Made by a program: the position numbers and the translations under genes. This document shows, piece after piece, positions 17,634-26,876 of a stretch of DNA of 64,000 bases. The notes beneath the pieces are model-generated. The model saw only the letters and a program-made list of their open reading frames with translations, searched no databases and was not told the DNA's origin. The DNA lies in assembly GCA_963932905.1 (NCBI GenBank), contig CAWVRN010000012.1, positions 32,001 through 96,000 of the forward strand. The letters run 5' to 3'. The DNA is from an uncultured Bdellovibrio sp. GTDB taxonomy: Bacteria; Bdellovibrionota; Bdellovibrionia; Bdellovibrionales; Bdellovibrionaceae. The first letter of the stretch is position 1, and the number at the start of each line of letters is the position of its first letter.

Positions 17634-18557
17634 ATGAAACGTGCTTTTTTAGTGTCTATTGCAGTGTTCACTTTTGTGGTTGCGTGTGGAAAAAAAGATA
17701 AAAAGATGGGACAGGCAGGAAAAGCAGGCGGTCAAGCGCAAACTGATTGTTCTGGCAAAAAAGCAGAAACCGATGAGTGCAAAAAAATCGCGGCAGAGGC
17801 AGCAGCTAAAGCTCAGCTCGGTACACCAATTGACAATGGTGAAGACTTAGCCGCATCGGGTGCTGACATAGCCAAAGACGTGGTCGAAACGATTCCAAAT
17901 GTGAATGACAAAGTTTTAAATGAACAATCGAAAATGAGCATCACATTAAGTGATAAAACAGCGTTAGTAGCTGATTTACGAATCAGTGCTGATTCTAGTG
18001 ATATGATAGCGACTAAAGTTTTATGCGCCGATATCAAAGATCCAAATGATTTGAAAGAAGTCAACGTAGCCAATCCAGATGATAAAAAGGATATTGGTGC
18101 GCATATCTTATTGTTTAATAACTCATCGATCGCAGCGGATCTAACTGTGAATAACGGTGACAAAACAGTAAAGCCAAAAACGTATTTATTAACATGCAAT
18201 AGCAGTTCAAGTGCGAAAGCGTCTGATTACCTAGATGAAAAAGGAAACTCGAAAGTTAAAGAAGTCGAAGTAAAACAATTAAAAGTCGGTCAGCAGGCTT
18301 TTGAAATTATCCAAAAAGGTACAAGCGCTGATACCGGAGTGTTAGCTTCGTTCGAATGCACTTCCGATAGCGACGTGCTAAAAAGCAAAGTCAAAATGAT
18401 CGGCAAAAAAGCCGCTAATAGAATCCATTTAAGACAAGGTTCATCCGTAATGGTTTTCCGCGCTATCGATGTTAAAGAAGGCGACAAGAAAATCAAAGAA
18501 CTAGGTTCAGACGCTCAGAAAGAAGTGAAAAGTACAGTCGTTACTTGTAACGGTTAG
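17634..18557 (+). CDS. Hypothetical lipoprotein with two tandem Cys-bounded domains
   Basis: Lipobox VVAC; internal repeat VLCAD..HILLFNNSS..LLTCN versus FECTS..RIHLRQGSS..VVTCN. Confidence 0.8.
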   Translation: MKRAFLVSIAVFTFVVACGKKDKKMGQAGKAGGQAQTDCSGKKAETDECKKIAAEAAAKAQLGTPIDNGEDLAASGADIAKDVVETIPNVNDKVLNEQSKMSITLSDKTALVADLRISADSSDMIATKVLCADIKDPNDLKEVNVANPDDKKDIGAHILLFNNSSIAADLTVNNGDKTVKPKTYLLTCNSSSSAKASDYLDEKGNSKVKEVEVKQLKVGQQAFEIIQKGTSADTGVLASFECTSDSDVLKSKVKMIGKKAANRIHLRQGSSVMVFRAIDVKEGDKKIKELGSDAQKEVKSTVVTCNG

Positions 18558-18584
18558 TTGGAAATTGAAATAGAATTTGAAGAC

Positions 18585-18618
18585 AAGGCGATGCTTGGAT
18601 AAGCGTCGCTTTTTTTTT
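18585..18618 (+). terminator. Rho-independent terminator
   Basis: AAGGCGATGCTT-GGAT-AAGCGTCGCTT plus T-run. Confidence 0.88.
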
Positions 18619-18746
18619 GGATATGCTTAGATGTAGAAGTTAGGACTTGATCTGAAAGTCCCTGCAATTAGTTTATATATCGTCTGACGGTCATTGAAGT
18701 AATGGCACATATTGTACCGAGGCGCTGCTAGTGGTACGCTCATAAT

Positions 18747-19736
18747 ATGAGCGACAGAAAACTGATTTTTAAAAATGATCGTGCCGCCGCGGCGTTTGGC
18801 AAATTTCGGGATCGTATTTACTTCGAAATTTCAGCACAGAAAGGGAGCCGCTTCGCGAGCCATTCTACCTGGCTGAAAGCCATTTTCCTCTTTACGGGTT
18901 CGGTCGTAAGTTACTCTGAATTATTAGTAGGTGCTTCTAATCCTAAAACGTCGTTACTTTTGGGTTTGGTATCCGGGGTCTCGATTCTCCTTTTCGCACT
19001 GAATGCCTCTCACGATGCCGCTCACGGTGCATTCTCGCGGCATCCTTGGATTAATACCATCGTGCTCTACATCCCTTTTAGCATCCTTGGTGTTGATCCC
19101 GAAATGTGGCGGATAAGACATCTGAAATCGCTTCATAAATTCCCGAATATCGACCACTGCGATGCCGACATTGATGAAAATCCGTTTGTTCGCCTTTGAC
19201 CCAATCAGCCCAAAAAATGGTGGCACCGATTCCAGCACTGGTACGCGTGGTTTTTGTACTTGGTAGTCGCATTTCATGCCGCATGGATTTAAGACCTCAA
19301 TTATATGAAACGCGAAAGTCTTGCCAACATGGATGACTGGCACGAAAAAACACCCTCATGGATGCGATTCCTTACCCTCAAAGTTCCGCACGTTTTCGTC
19401 TTTTATGTTCTTCCACTCATTGGAACTCACTTTTCTAGCGAGGCCGTGTTTCCTAAGATCGTTAATGGTCACGTCGGCTGCAGCTACGTCTCTCATCAGT
19501 TAATCACAAGTGTGGACTGGTACCCTTTTTCACAATTTTGGTGTGGAATTATCGGTGGACTTAATGCTCATGCCGCTCATCACCTCTTTCCGAAAGTAAG
19601 TCACCGTCACTATTTTTGGATTTCCGGAGCCATCGGTGAGTTTTGCCGAGAAAATGATCTAGTTCACAATCATGTCGGCTTACTAAAGGCGATTCGCAGT
19701 CATTTCAATTTTTTGAAACACCTTTCGCGCAATTGA
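18747..19736 (+). pseudogene. Fatty acid desaturase (delta-6/acyl-CoA type) pseudogene
   Basis: His boxes HDAAH, HLKSLH (degenerate) and HAAHHLFP in one frame interrupted by TGA 19197-19199 and TAA 19290-19292. Confidence 0.88.
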
Positions 19737-20058
19737 TTGAGGCAAAGAACCATACATTCTGACTTCGATGCCGCCCGCACTTGCCTAGCTTTCTCGGCCA
19801 GACTATGGCGTTTACACGCCGCTTGGCCATCTCTACTTAGCTTTTTGAAGCCCCGGTATCGGAAAGAACGGCGAAGTTCCAGACCTCGCCCATCGCGGAT
19901 CGAAGTGCCATTCTCGGTTTCGTTTCTAGATCACTGACAATGAAATTCAATAGCCAATGTTTCATAGAACCGATTGGCATGGGCTCCGTGATTATTTCGA
20001 CACTGTCCAGTCATTAGAGCTCAGGTAAGCATATCCAGGCTGCGATAATTAAGTAGGG

Positions 20059-20397
20059 CTAGTAATCACACCAGCCATTGTAACTGTGATCATCAGAAAG
20101 TGCGCCAGTTTTCAGACTATAGCAGAACGACCTATAGGCAGCGAAACAATTTGGAGCACTGGGGTGTGGTTCGGCATTATAGTCTATACAACATGTGTAA
20201 GGATCAAGAGATCTAGTCTGACTATTATAGGCTGAAATAGCTTTAACAAAAGGACGAGGCTTTCGTAGAATTTCGTTTCTAGTGACTAAGAGAACTCTGT
20301 TTTTTACAGCGGGAGCTTTGCAAAACTCGTTTGCCCTGCAAATATTAACCCCTAAAATCACTAACATGATGTTTGCCAATAAGATTTCTTTTTTCAT
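20059..20397 (-). CDS. Small secreted Cys-rich hypothetical protein
   Basis: Signal peptide; AGGA RBS; directly downstream of the ABM gene. Confidence 0.6.
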   Translation of the reverse strand: MKKEILLANIMLVILGVNICRANEFCKAPAVKNRVLLVTRNEILRKPRPFVKAISAYNSQTRSLDPYTCCIDYNAEPHPSAPNCFAAYRSFCYSLKTGALSDDHSYNGWCDY

Positions 20398-20416
20398 TTT
20401 TCGTCCTAATAGGTTT

Positions 20417-20815
20417 TTAATTAATAATCTGAACGGTTTGGCCTTTTACCTCGAAAGAGTCCAAAAACGAGTCTGCTGAGTTGGCTTTAATTTCGTTAAA
20501 AAATTTCCGCATATGTTCCGATTTTTCTTTATGCTCAATAAGCATAGCTTCTTTGCTTTTCCAAATTTCATGAAATTCAAATCGATTAGTTGCTTTCCCG
20601 TGTTCATCTATAATTTGGTACCCATAGTAGGAAATACAGCTGGCTTCCTTACGAGTGGGTTCGATGATTTTGGATACCGCTCTTTTAAATTCTTTTAGTT
20701 TTTCTGGCTTTACGACTAAAATTGCTGAGCCTTGCCATACCGTCTCCGCATGAGAGATGTTTGTCGTCATCACCCCAAATATTATTAGTAAAATATTCAC
20801 TACTTTCATTTTCAC
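20417..20815 (-). CDS. Antibiotic biosynthesis monooxygenase (ABM/YgiN-like) domain protein with signal peptide
   Basis: VKPEK..EF...TRKEASCISY...F.FHEIW.S...H....H pattern; AAGGAG RBS. Confidence 0.85.
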   Translation of the reverse strand: MKMKVVNILLIIFGVMTTNISHAETVWQGSAILVVKPEKLKEFKRAVSKIIEPTRKEASCISYYGYQIIDEHGKATNRFEFHEIWKSKEAMLIEHKEKSEHMRKFFNEIKANSADSFLDSFEVKGQTVQIIN

Positions 20816-20899
20816 TCCTTGTTAGAAAATCCATTTACATTTACCTGAATGGTCTGTAAATCAGTATAAATAGAACAAAGTTATAAGGAAATTTCGAAT

Positions 20900-21790
20900 A
20901 TGATCACTTTTGATAGACTCCGTTATTTTGTTGAAGTAGCGACCACCGAGCACGTAGGTAATGCTGCCAAGATATTAGCAATAAGTCCGAGCGTAATTAG
21001 TTCGGCGATTCGCGAACTAGAGGAAGAGTTTGAATGCCAATTATTTGCTCGCCAGAAGCAACGAATTAAATTAACGGAACGAGGTCAAGTTCTTCTCGAA
21101 AAGGCTAGAGGCATTTTGAAAGAAACAAATCAGCTCTACAATGATATCTCGGCTGAAAATTTTAAATTTAAAGGACACTATAAAGTTGGAGCGAGTCACT
21201 TCCTCATGCAGGAGTATTTAATTCCAGTCTTTCTTGAAATTCAGCGAGATCATCCACAGCTCACAATTGAATTCATTTCACTTGATGCTGGAGTCGCCGT
21301 GTCTCATTTGCTTTCAGGAGAACTGGATGCCGCACTTATTTTTAGATCTTCATACTATAATGAGCTAGAAGAGACAGTTCTCTATAATGGGCAGTTCCAA
21401 ATTGCCTTAAGGAAAAACCATCCTATTTTTAAATTACCTAGCAGTATGATCAGCAAAAGCCTAAATGAATTACCAGCAATTACATTTAGAACTTTTGCAG
21501 GTCCTAATTTTTGGGAAAATCATCCTGCATTTAAAGATATTGGACTTACCCCAAGGCATGCTTATTTTTATGGCGATACGCAAGCAGCCCTTCAGCTTTT
21601 AAAGTCGACTGATGGGTGGGCCTTTTTGCCTGATAAGATTATCAATAAGCATAAGAGTATTCGTAAAGTGAGTCTAACCCGCGTATTAAAGGCGCCAGTC
21701 AATATCTCATTTGTAACAAAGAAGGAGCGCGCTAATAAATTCATCGATCATTTAAAAGGCGTTCTGCAATCAAAGATTAAAAAGTACTAA
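20900..21790 (+). CDS. LysR-family transcriptional regulator
   Basis: N-terminal HTH (LRYFVEVA...AA..L.IS.S.IS..IRELEEE...LF.R); 296 aa; divergent from ABM gene. Confidence 0.95.
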   Translation: MITFDRLRYFVEVATTEHVGNAAKILAISPSVISSAIRELEEEFECQLFARQKQRIKLTERGQVLLEKARGILKETNQLYNDISAENFKFKGHYKVGASHFLMQEYLIPVFLEIQRDHPQLTIEFISLDAGVAVSHLLSGELDAALIFRSSYYNELEETVLYNGQFQIALRKNHPIFKLPSSMISKSLNELPAITFRTFAGPNFWENHPAFKDIGLTPRHAYFYGDTQAALQLLKSTDGWAFLPDKIINKHKSIRKVSLTRVLKAPVNISFVTKKERANKFIDHLKGVLQSKIKKY

Positions 21791-21993
21791 TTAAAATGCG
21801 TTTCAATTCATCCAGGTCGAACCTTGCTGACCAGGCCAAAGTGAAATAACGTCACTCTGCCAGACCTGGCTGACCTTACAAATATGTGCCATTCTATCGT
21901 TTTGAGATTTGAGGTAAATGGCGGGATAATTTCCGCCATCGTCCAGTTATGAATGCCCAATCAAATTGTTCGACTAGTGAGAAATAGGTAGAA

Positions 21994-22410
21994 TTATTGG
22001 ACCTGACATGAGAGTGATGTTGAGACGAGGTAGTTGCTTTTATCTTCTAATTTATTAAAGAACTGTGCGGCACCGGTTTGTTTGTCAATTTTTAGTGCCC
22101 GGATGGCTTTTGAACAAGAAGGATTTATGGGCGTATGTTTGGGACACCATACATATGTTAATTCTAGAGTGGAAGGAGTCTCAACTTCCGCTATTTTTTG
22201 TAAATCCATATAGACCGGAGTTTTAAAGGGCGGATTAGCTATAGTTACATAAAGATCTGCCTCTAATCCATAGGTTTTAAATATCTCTGGTTGTACATTG
22301 GTGATTTCAGTCTTTTCGTTATAAACAATACCCTTACAATGAAGTGAATTAATGCTCGCATAACTTATTCCAGCACTAATAAATACGATAATACCTAAAA
22401 TTGATTTCAT
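21994..22410 (-). CDS. Secreted hypothetical protein
   Basis: GGAGG RBS; signal peptide SYA-S; L.C...LSC termini. Confidence 0.7.
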   Translation of the reverse strand: MKSILGIIVFISAGISYASINSLHCKGIVYNEKTEITNVQPEIFKTYGLEADLYVTIANPPFKTPVYMDLQKIAEVETPSTLELTYVWCPKHTPINPSCSKAIRALKIDKQTGAAQFFNKLEDKSNYLVSTSLSCQVQ

Positions 22411-22717
22411 ACATCCTCCAAGTATAAATTGTTCCTGTGCAAGGGTTACTGGTCAACGAAAGAATGATTAACACGAAATTAATGTCATCTCGCCTAAGCT
22501 TTCCTGATCACCTTTATGCGAAATAAGCGGGAAACTACTTAACTGGGCGTTCTATTCAACAAGTGCCTTATTATTTCCGATTGCTCGATGAAATCGAAAC
22601 CTCGTATAAGAAGTGTCAGATCAAGTCCTAACTTCTACAGCTTAGATGATACAATCCCAGTCTACATGACCGAACCAAATCCATCAGCCTCACTCCCGCA
22701 AGACCAACCATCATTCC

Positions 22718-23263
22718 CTAATGATGTTTCTTATGCAACAAATTTTCCGTATAAGCCAGCATCACCGAGCTCAGTAGAAAAACCACATGTATGATCACTT
22801 GCCACATGATTTGATCTTGGGATTTGTCTTTAATATTGATGAAAGATTTTAATAGGTGAATACCGGAAATTCCGACTAGGGCAGTTGCTAGTTTTACCTT
22901 CAGGGCACCGGCGTCGATTTTATCTAGCCAGTCGGGTTTGTCGGCGTGGCCTTGCAGATCGATACGACTGACAAATGTGGCGTATCCGCCGATGATGACC
23001 ATCACCAAAAGGTTTGCGACCATTGTGATATCTACCAATGTCAGCACGCCTAACATCAGTACTTCTTCGGTGATTGTGTTTACCGTGGAAACCAAATGAA
23101 TCAATTCGATCAAAAATTTATAGGCATACAGCACGCCGGCGACGATTAGTCCAACATACAGGGGAGCTTGAAACCAGCGGCTGGAAAAAATTAGGTTTTC
23201 TAATGCGGATTCGAATTGTTTTTTCATGGGTCTATACAAATCTAATTCGGTGTCGTTTGTCAA
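22718..23263 (-). CDS. UPF0114/TIGR00645 (YqhA-like) membrane protein
   Basis: SRWFQAPLYVGL, GGYATFVSRID, LKVKLA..ISGIHLL. Confidence 0.9.
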   Translation of the reverse strand: MTNDTELDLYRPMKKQFESALENLIFSSRWFQAPLYVGLIVAGVLYAYKFLIELIHLVSTVNTITEEVLMLGVLTLVDITMVANLLVMVIIGGYATFVSRIDLQGHADKPDWLDKIDAGALKVKLATALVGISGIHLLKSFINIKDKSQDQIMWQVIIHVVFLLSSVMLAYTENLLHKKHH

Positions 23264-23272
23264 AATAATATT

Positions 23273-24796
23273 TTATTTCGTGATTGTGCTTTTTAATTTT
23301 TCTGCGGCAGCGAAAATGGTTTTCTTTTTCTTTGAATCCATTTTTTCAACTGTGCGGGCCATCATCGACAGGCGTGGATTCTTTAAAAAGAAAGCCTTAT
23401 GTTTTTCTATAAATCCCCAATACAAACCGTCCACACCATCACACCATGGCTCACTGGCTTTATAACCACCCATTTTACGATAGTAGTTGGAACCACAGAA
23501 ATAAGGTTTTGTCGCAAATATCCCTCCGTCAGCGAATAAGGCCATGCCATAAACATTCGGTCCCATCACCCAATCAGAACTATCGATAAACATTTCCATA
23601 AACCATTTGTGAGCCTCTGTTGGGTCAACCTCTAAAAGTAACATAAGGCTTCCGATGATCATCAATCGTTCGATATGGTGAGCATAACCATAGCGAACAG
23701 TTTTTCGAATCGCGTGATCCAGCGGCGCCACCCCCGTGTTTCCCTTGTACCAATGATCCGTTAGTTTTCTGTTGTGCTTGAAGAAATTAGTGGACTCTTG
23801 TTTTTCAGAATAATTTTGATAGATGCCTCGGATGAATTCACGCCATCCAATCACTTGGCGAATGAATCCTTCGGTTGATGCGATTGGTATTTTGTTGTCT
23901 TTGGCATACGCTAGTGTTTCCTGCACCACTTCCGATGGTGTCAGCAGCCCTGTGTTTAAAAAAGGCGTTAACACCGAATGAAAAACAAAATCGCTGTGTT
24001 GGGGGATCGCATCTTCGTACGGGCCAAATTGCAGCAAACGATCGTCTAAGAATCGTTTTAGCCAAGCCTTGGCCCCTTTACGATCCACGGGTAGCCAAAA
24101 ATTTTGCGACTGTCCCGGGTGTTTAGAAAATAACTCGTCCGTGATTTTGATCACATCCCAAGTGATATCGCTGGTCCTTACCAAAGGTACATCTGGTGGC
24201 ACTATTTTATCTGGCAGAGCCAATCGGTTGTCGACGTCAAAACTCCATTGTCCACCGACGGGTTGGTCATTTTTATCCACCAATATTTTCAAACGTTTTC
24301 TTTGTTGTTCATAAAACGTTTTCATAAACGGCTTTTTAGTTTTGCCGAGATAGTTTTTAAATTCAGTCCGTCCCGTTAGAAACATAGGACTAGGTAAAAC
24401 GGTTACATTCAATTTTAATCGGCTAAAGAGTTTCATCAGTCGTGTTTCGAAAAACTTGTCCTCTATTTCAAAGATAGAAACCGAGGTGATTTTTTTTGAC
24501 GTTATGAATGTCTCGAGTGATTTTTCATAAGATCCAGAATCTGGTGCGAGTTTTTCATAGTGAACGGCGATTTTTTTTGAAGTCAGCTCTTGGGCAAAGG
24601 TTCTCATCGCCGCAAGGAAAAAAATAATTTTGTGCTTATGAAACTTGTAATAGGTGCACAGTTCTTGATCTTCGCGCATAAACACATAATCAATATTTTC
24701 CAAATCGGTTTGGGCTGCTTTTAAGTCAAACAATTGGTTTCCTAGAATGACCAAAAGTGATTTTGATTTCGACGTGTCAGTTGAAAGTGTTTTCAT
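23273..24796 (-). CDS. Cryptochrome/photolyase-related protein (PhrB-like bacterial 6-4 photolyase group)
   Basis: ILGNQLF, HKHKI, GGQWSFD..NR, FGPYEDA, GYAHHIERLM, ATKPY. Confidence 0.92.
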   Translation of the reverse strand: MKTLSTDTSKSKSLLVILGNQLFDLKAAQTDLENIDYVFMREDQELCTYYKFHKHKIIFFLAAMRTFAQELTSKKIAVHYEKLAPDSGSYEKSLETFITSKKITSVSIFEIEDKFFETRLMKLFSRLKLNVTVLPSPMFLTGRTEFKNYLGKTKKPFMKTFYEQQRKRLKILVDKNDQPVGGQWSFDVDNRLALPDKIVPPDVPLVRTSDITWDVIKITDELFSKHPGQSQNFWLPVDRKGAKAWLKRFLDDRLLQFGPYEDAIPQHSDFVFHSVLTPFLNTGLLTPSEVVQETLAYAKDNKIPIASTEGFIRQVIGWREFIRGIYQNYSEKQESTNFFKHNRKLTDHWYKGNTGVAPLDHAIRKTVRYGYAHHIERLMIIGSLMLLLEVDPTEAHKWFMEMFIDSSDWVMGPNVYGMALFADGGIFATKPYFCGSNYYRKMGGYKASEPWCDGVDGLYWGFIEKHKAFFLKNPRLSMMARTVEKMDSKKKKTIFAAAEKLKSTITK

Positions 24797-24902
24797 AAGA
24801 AATTTGTCCTTTGCCAGGGATCAGACTATACTAGCAGAGCAGAAAAGATGACAATTCTCTAATCAAATTGTGATATAGCAAACCGGATCTGGATTGGCTC
24901 AC

Positions 24903-25835
24903 TTAACGATAAAAATTCACACATGAATTGTTTTGTTTTAAAACTTTCTCAAAACGTTTCATGAAAATCGAGGGATGATCGGTTGTAATTCCAGCCACGC
25001 CCATCGCAATTAGTTTATCGGCAGCTTCGGGATCATTCACTGTCCAAGGATTCACATCGATATTTCGGGCTCGAAGATAGGCGATCGAGTCCGAAGTCAG
25101 GTCTTGCCAATTCGGTGCAAATGCAATCGGCTGAAAGTCTTTGATGGCTGATTGAAAATCAATTTTTGTCCAGTCGCCGCGATCGACAAGAAGAATGCGG
25201 GGAATAGCCGGTTGGTGTTTTCGAAACTCAGTTAAAACGTCCCAATTGAAAGCCCGAGCGATGATGGGTGTTTTGATTTTAACTTTGTTAATCACGTCAG
25301 AGGTCGCTTTGGCTAGTTCGGCCATGGGAGCTGATTCGTGAAGAAATTCTTTTTCACTTTTGATTTCAAGATGCAGAGGAATGGCAGGTAGGCCTTGTGA
25401 TTCACGGGCTTGGACAGCTAGAAGAAATTCTTCAAAGGTAATAACCTTCGTGTCGCCCGGTTTTGTAACTAAGTGGTCCGAGTAGGGGATCTGTTTAATT
25501 TGAGTCAGGGTCAAGTCTTTGATCAATACAGGCTCAGTCAGTCCCAAAAAGTCTTCGGGATTTAATTTATAATCATGATAAATTACGGGAACGCCGTCTT
25601 TGGTCAGGTGAACATCGAATTCCACACTAGACGCCTTGATATCCATCGCGTGGATCAATGCCGACATGGAATTTTCACGGTAGGTAAGCCGATCGCCTCG
25701 ATGCGCTGAAATTTCCCAAAAATGTGGGCTGCTATGAGCAGGGGTAGTCAGCCCAAGCCACAACAAGATAGAAATTAATTTGTGCACAATCTTCCTCAAG
25801 GGAATTACTATAGCAAATTTGGATTTGTCTTTCAT
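24903..25835 (-). CDS. Glycerophosphodiester phosphodiesterase
   Basis: AHRG, EN, EFDVHLTKDG..VI.HD, LEIK, WTVN, ITTD; true start may be the GTG at VHKLIS. Confidence 0.92.
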   Translation of the reverse strand: MKDKSKFAIVIPLRKIVHKLISILLWLGLTTPAHSSPHFWEISAHRGDRLTYRENSMSALIHAMDIKASSVEFDVHLTKDGVPVIYHDYKLNPEDFLGLTEPVLIKDLTLTQIKQIPYSDHLVTKPGDTKVITFEEFLLAVQARESQGLPAIPLHLEIKSEKEFLHESAPMAELAKATSDVINKVKIKTPIIARAFNWDVLTEFRKHQPAIPRILLVDRGDWTKIDFQSAIKDFQPIAFAPNWQDLTSDSIAYLRARNIDVNPWTVNDPEAADKLIAMGVAGITTDHPSIFMKRFEKVLKQNNSCVNFYR

Positions 25836-26042
25836 CTGTAGTAATTTAGACGAAATGACAAAAATGGCTCGGTTATATTGTCTTTGAAGAAGTTTAAATT
25901 ACATTATCTAGAAAAAGGAATTCATGACGACGCTTGTTGCTTATGTAGTGAATGAATCCCTATACGATATCAATGGGCGTCGATTTTTTGCTGCCTTCAG
26001 TTATGGGTTCTAAGAACATGCTAAATCAATCATACTGCGTTC

Positions 26043-26876
26043 ATGACTGATAGACCCGATGACCTGATCGGCTTTGCCGATTTTAAAATTCCCATTATGA
26101 AGATTCCGAAATTAAAATCACTTCGGGATCCATTCAACGAGCCCATTTACTATCGGATAATGGATGGCACAACCGATACAGCCATTGTGTTAGTGCACGG
26201 CATGGGCGGTGATTCACGCTACTTGACTCAGCTGGCGTTGCAATTATCGCAAGCGACTCAGCACACGATATTACTTCCGGATTTAAAATCCCATGGCGAA
26301 ATGAACCAAGATCGCGCGGTAAAACTGCTGCCTCATCAAGACGTCATCACGGAATTGCAATTTCTTTTAGATAACTGGAAACAAAATCACTTAATGATAA
26401 AAAACATCGTTCTTGTGGGGCACTCGTTAGGTGGCGCTGTAGTTTTAAAATGGCTTATGAGTCAACCGATTGGAACATTTCAAAAGATTGGCTTAATCGC
26501 GCCGTATCTACCAGAACCTTACAATGTGGAATCGTCGCGTTTTGGTTTTTGGGTGAAACGCACAGATGAGAAACTACTTCTAAGATTCCCAGAGCAGGCC
26601 AAGTGGGGATCTGAAGTGGAAGAGTACGATGCCTCTTACATCAAATCCTGCGTGCTGGAAAACCTCGATTGGCAGCAATGCCACGAACGATGTCCCGATT
26701 TGAATTTATTTGTCAGCGATGCCGATTTAATTCTTGATGTAAAAAAATATCAGAATCACTTTGCCAGCAAAAGCGAAATTAATTTTCGCGTATTCAATGG
26801 ATTTTCTCATATAGGCCTTGTGACCAGTCCGAAGAGTGGTCAGCAGATTGCCTCTGAATTATTTCCTAAAAATTAA
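26043..26876 (+). CDS. Alpha/beta fold hydrolase
   Basis: LVHGMGG, PDL..HG, GHSLGG, late SH. Confidence 0.88.
   Translation: MTDRPDDLIGFADFKIPIMKIPKLKSLRDPFNEPIYYRIMDGTTDTAIVLVHGMGGDSRYLTQLALQLSQATQHTILLPDLKSHGEMNQDRAVKLLPHQDVITELQFLLDNWKQNHLMIKNIVLVGHSLGGAVVLKWLMSQPIGTFQKIGLIAPYLPEPYNVESSRFGFWVKRTDEKLLLRFPEQAKWGSEVEEYDASYIKSCVLENLDWQQCHERCPDLNLFVSDADLILDVKKYQNHFASKSEINFRVFNGFSHIGLVTSPKSGQQIASELFPKN

Larger units (their letters stand above)
18632..22639. mobile_element. Non-autonomous cargo transposon (4,008 bp) with perfect 24-bp TIRs and 7-bp target-site duplication
   Basis: TGTAGAAGTTAGGACTTGATCTGA 18632-18655 and exact reverse complement 22616-22639; GCTTAGA at 18625-18631 and 22640-22646; no transposase ORF seen inside. 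Confidence 0.88.

Noticed and set aside
19197..19292. Stop-codon readthrough or recoding in the desaturase
   Set aside because: Two different stop types plus a damaged His box and an apparent deletion indicate decay; other genes use TGA and TAA as normal stops
19737..20058. ORF 19737-19937 and possible integron attC sites in the cassette
   Set aside because: No recognisable protein motif, no convincing RYYYAAC...GTTRRRY structure, no integrase
18701..21893. Inverted AATGGCACATATT(T)GTA pair at 18701-18716 and 21877-21893 inside the cassette
   Set aside because: Short, similarity does not extend, no TSD, and lacks the -12 GC of a sigma54 box; may be chance, though a nested element is not excluded
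22588..22794. 68-aa ORF spanning the right TIR
   Set aside because: Crosses the element boundary and overlaps a real antisense gene
25924..26013. 29-aa ORF with AAGGA RBS
   Set aside because: Too short, with no motif to support it
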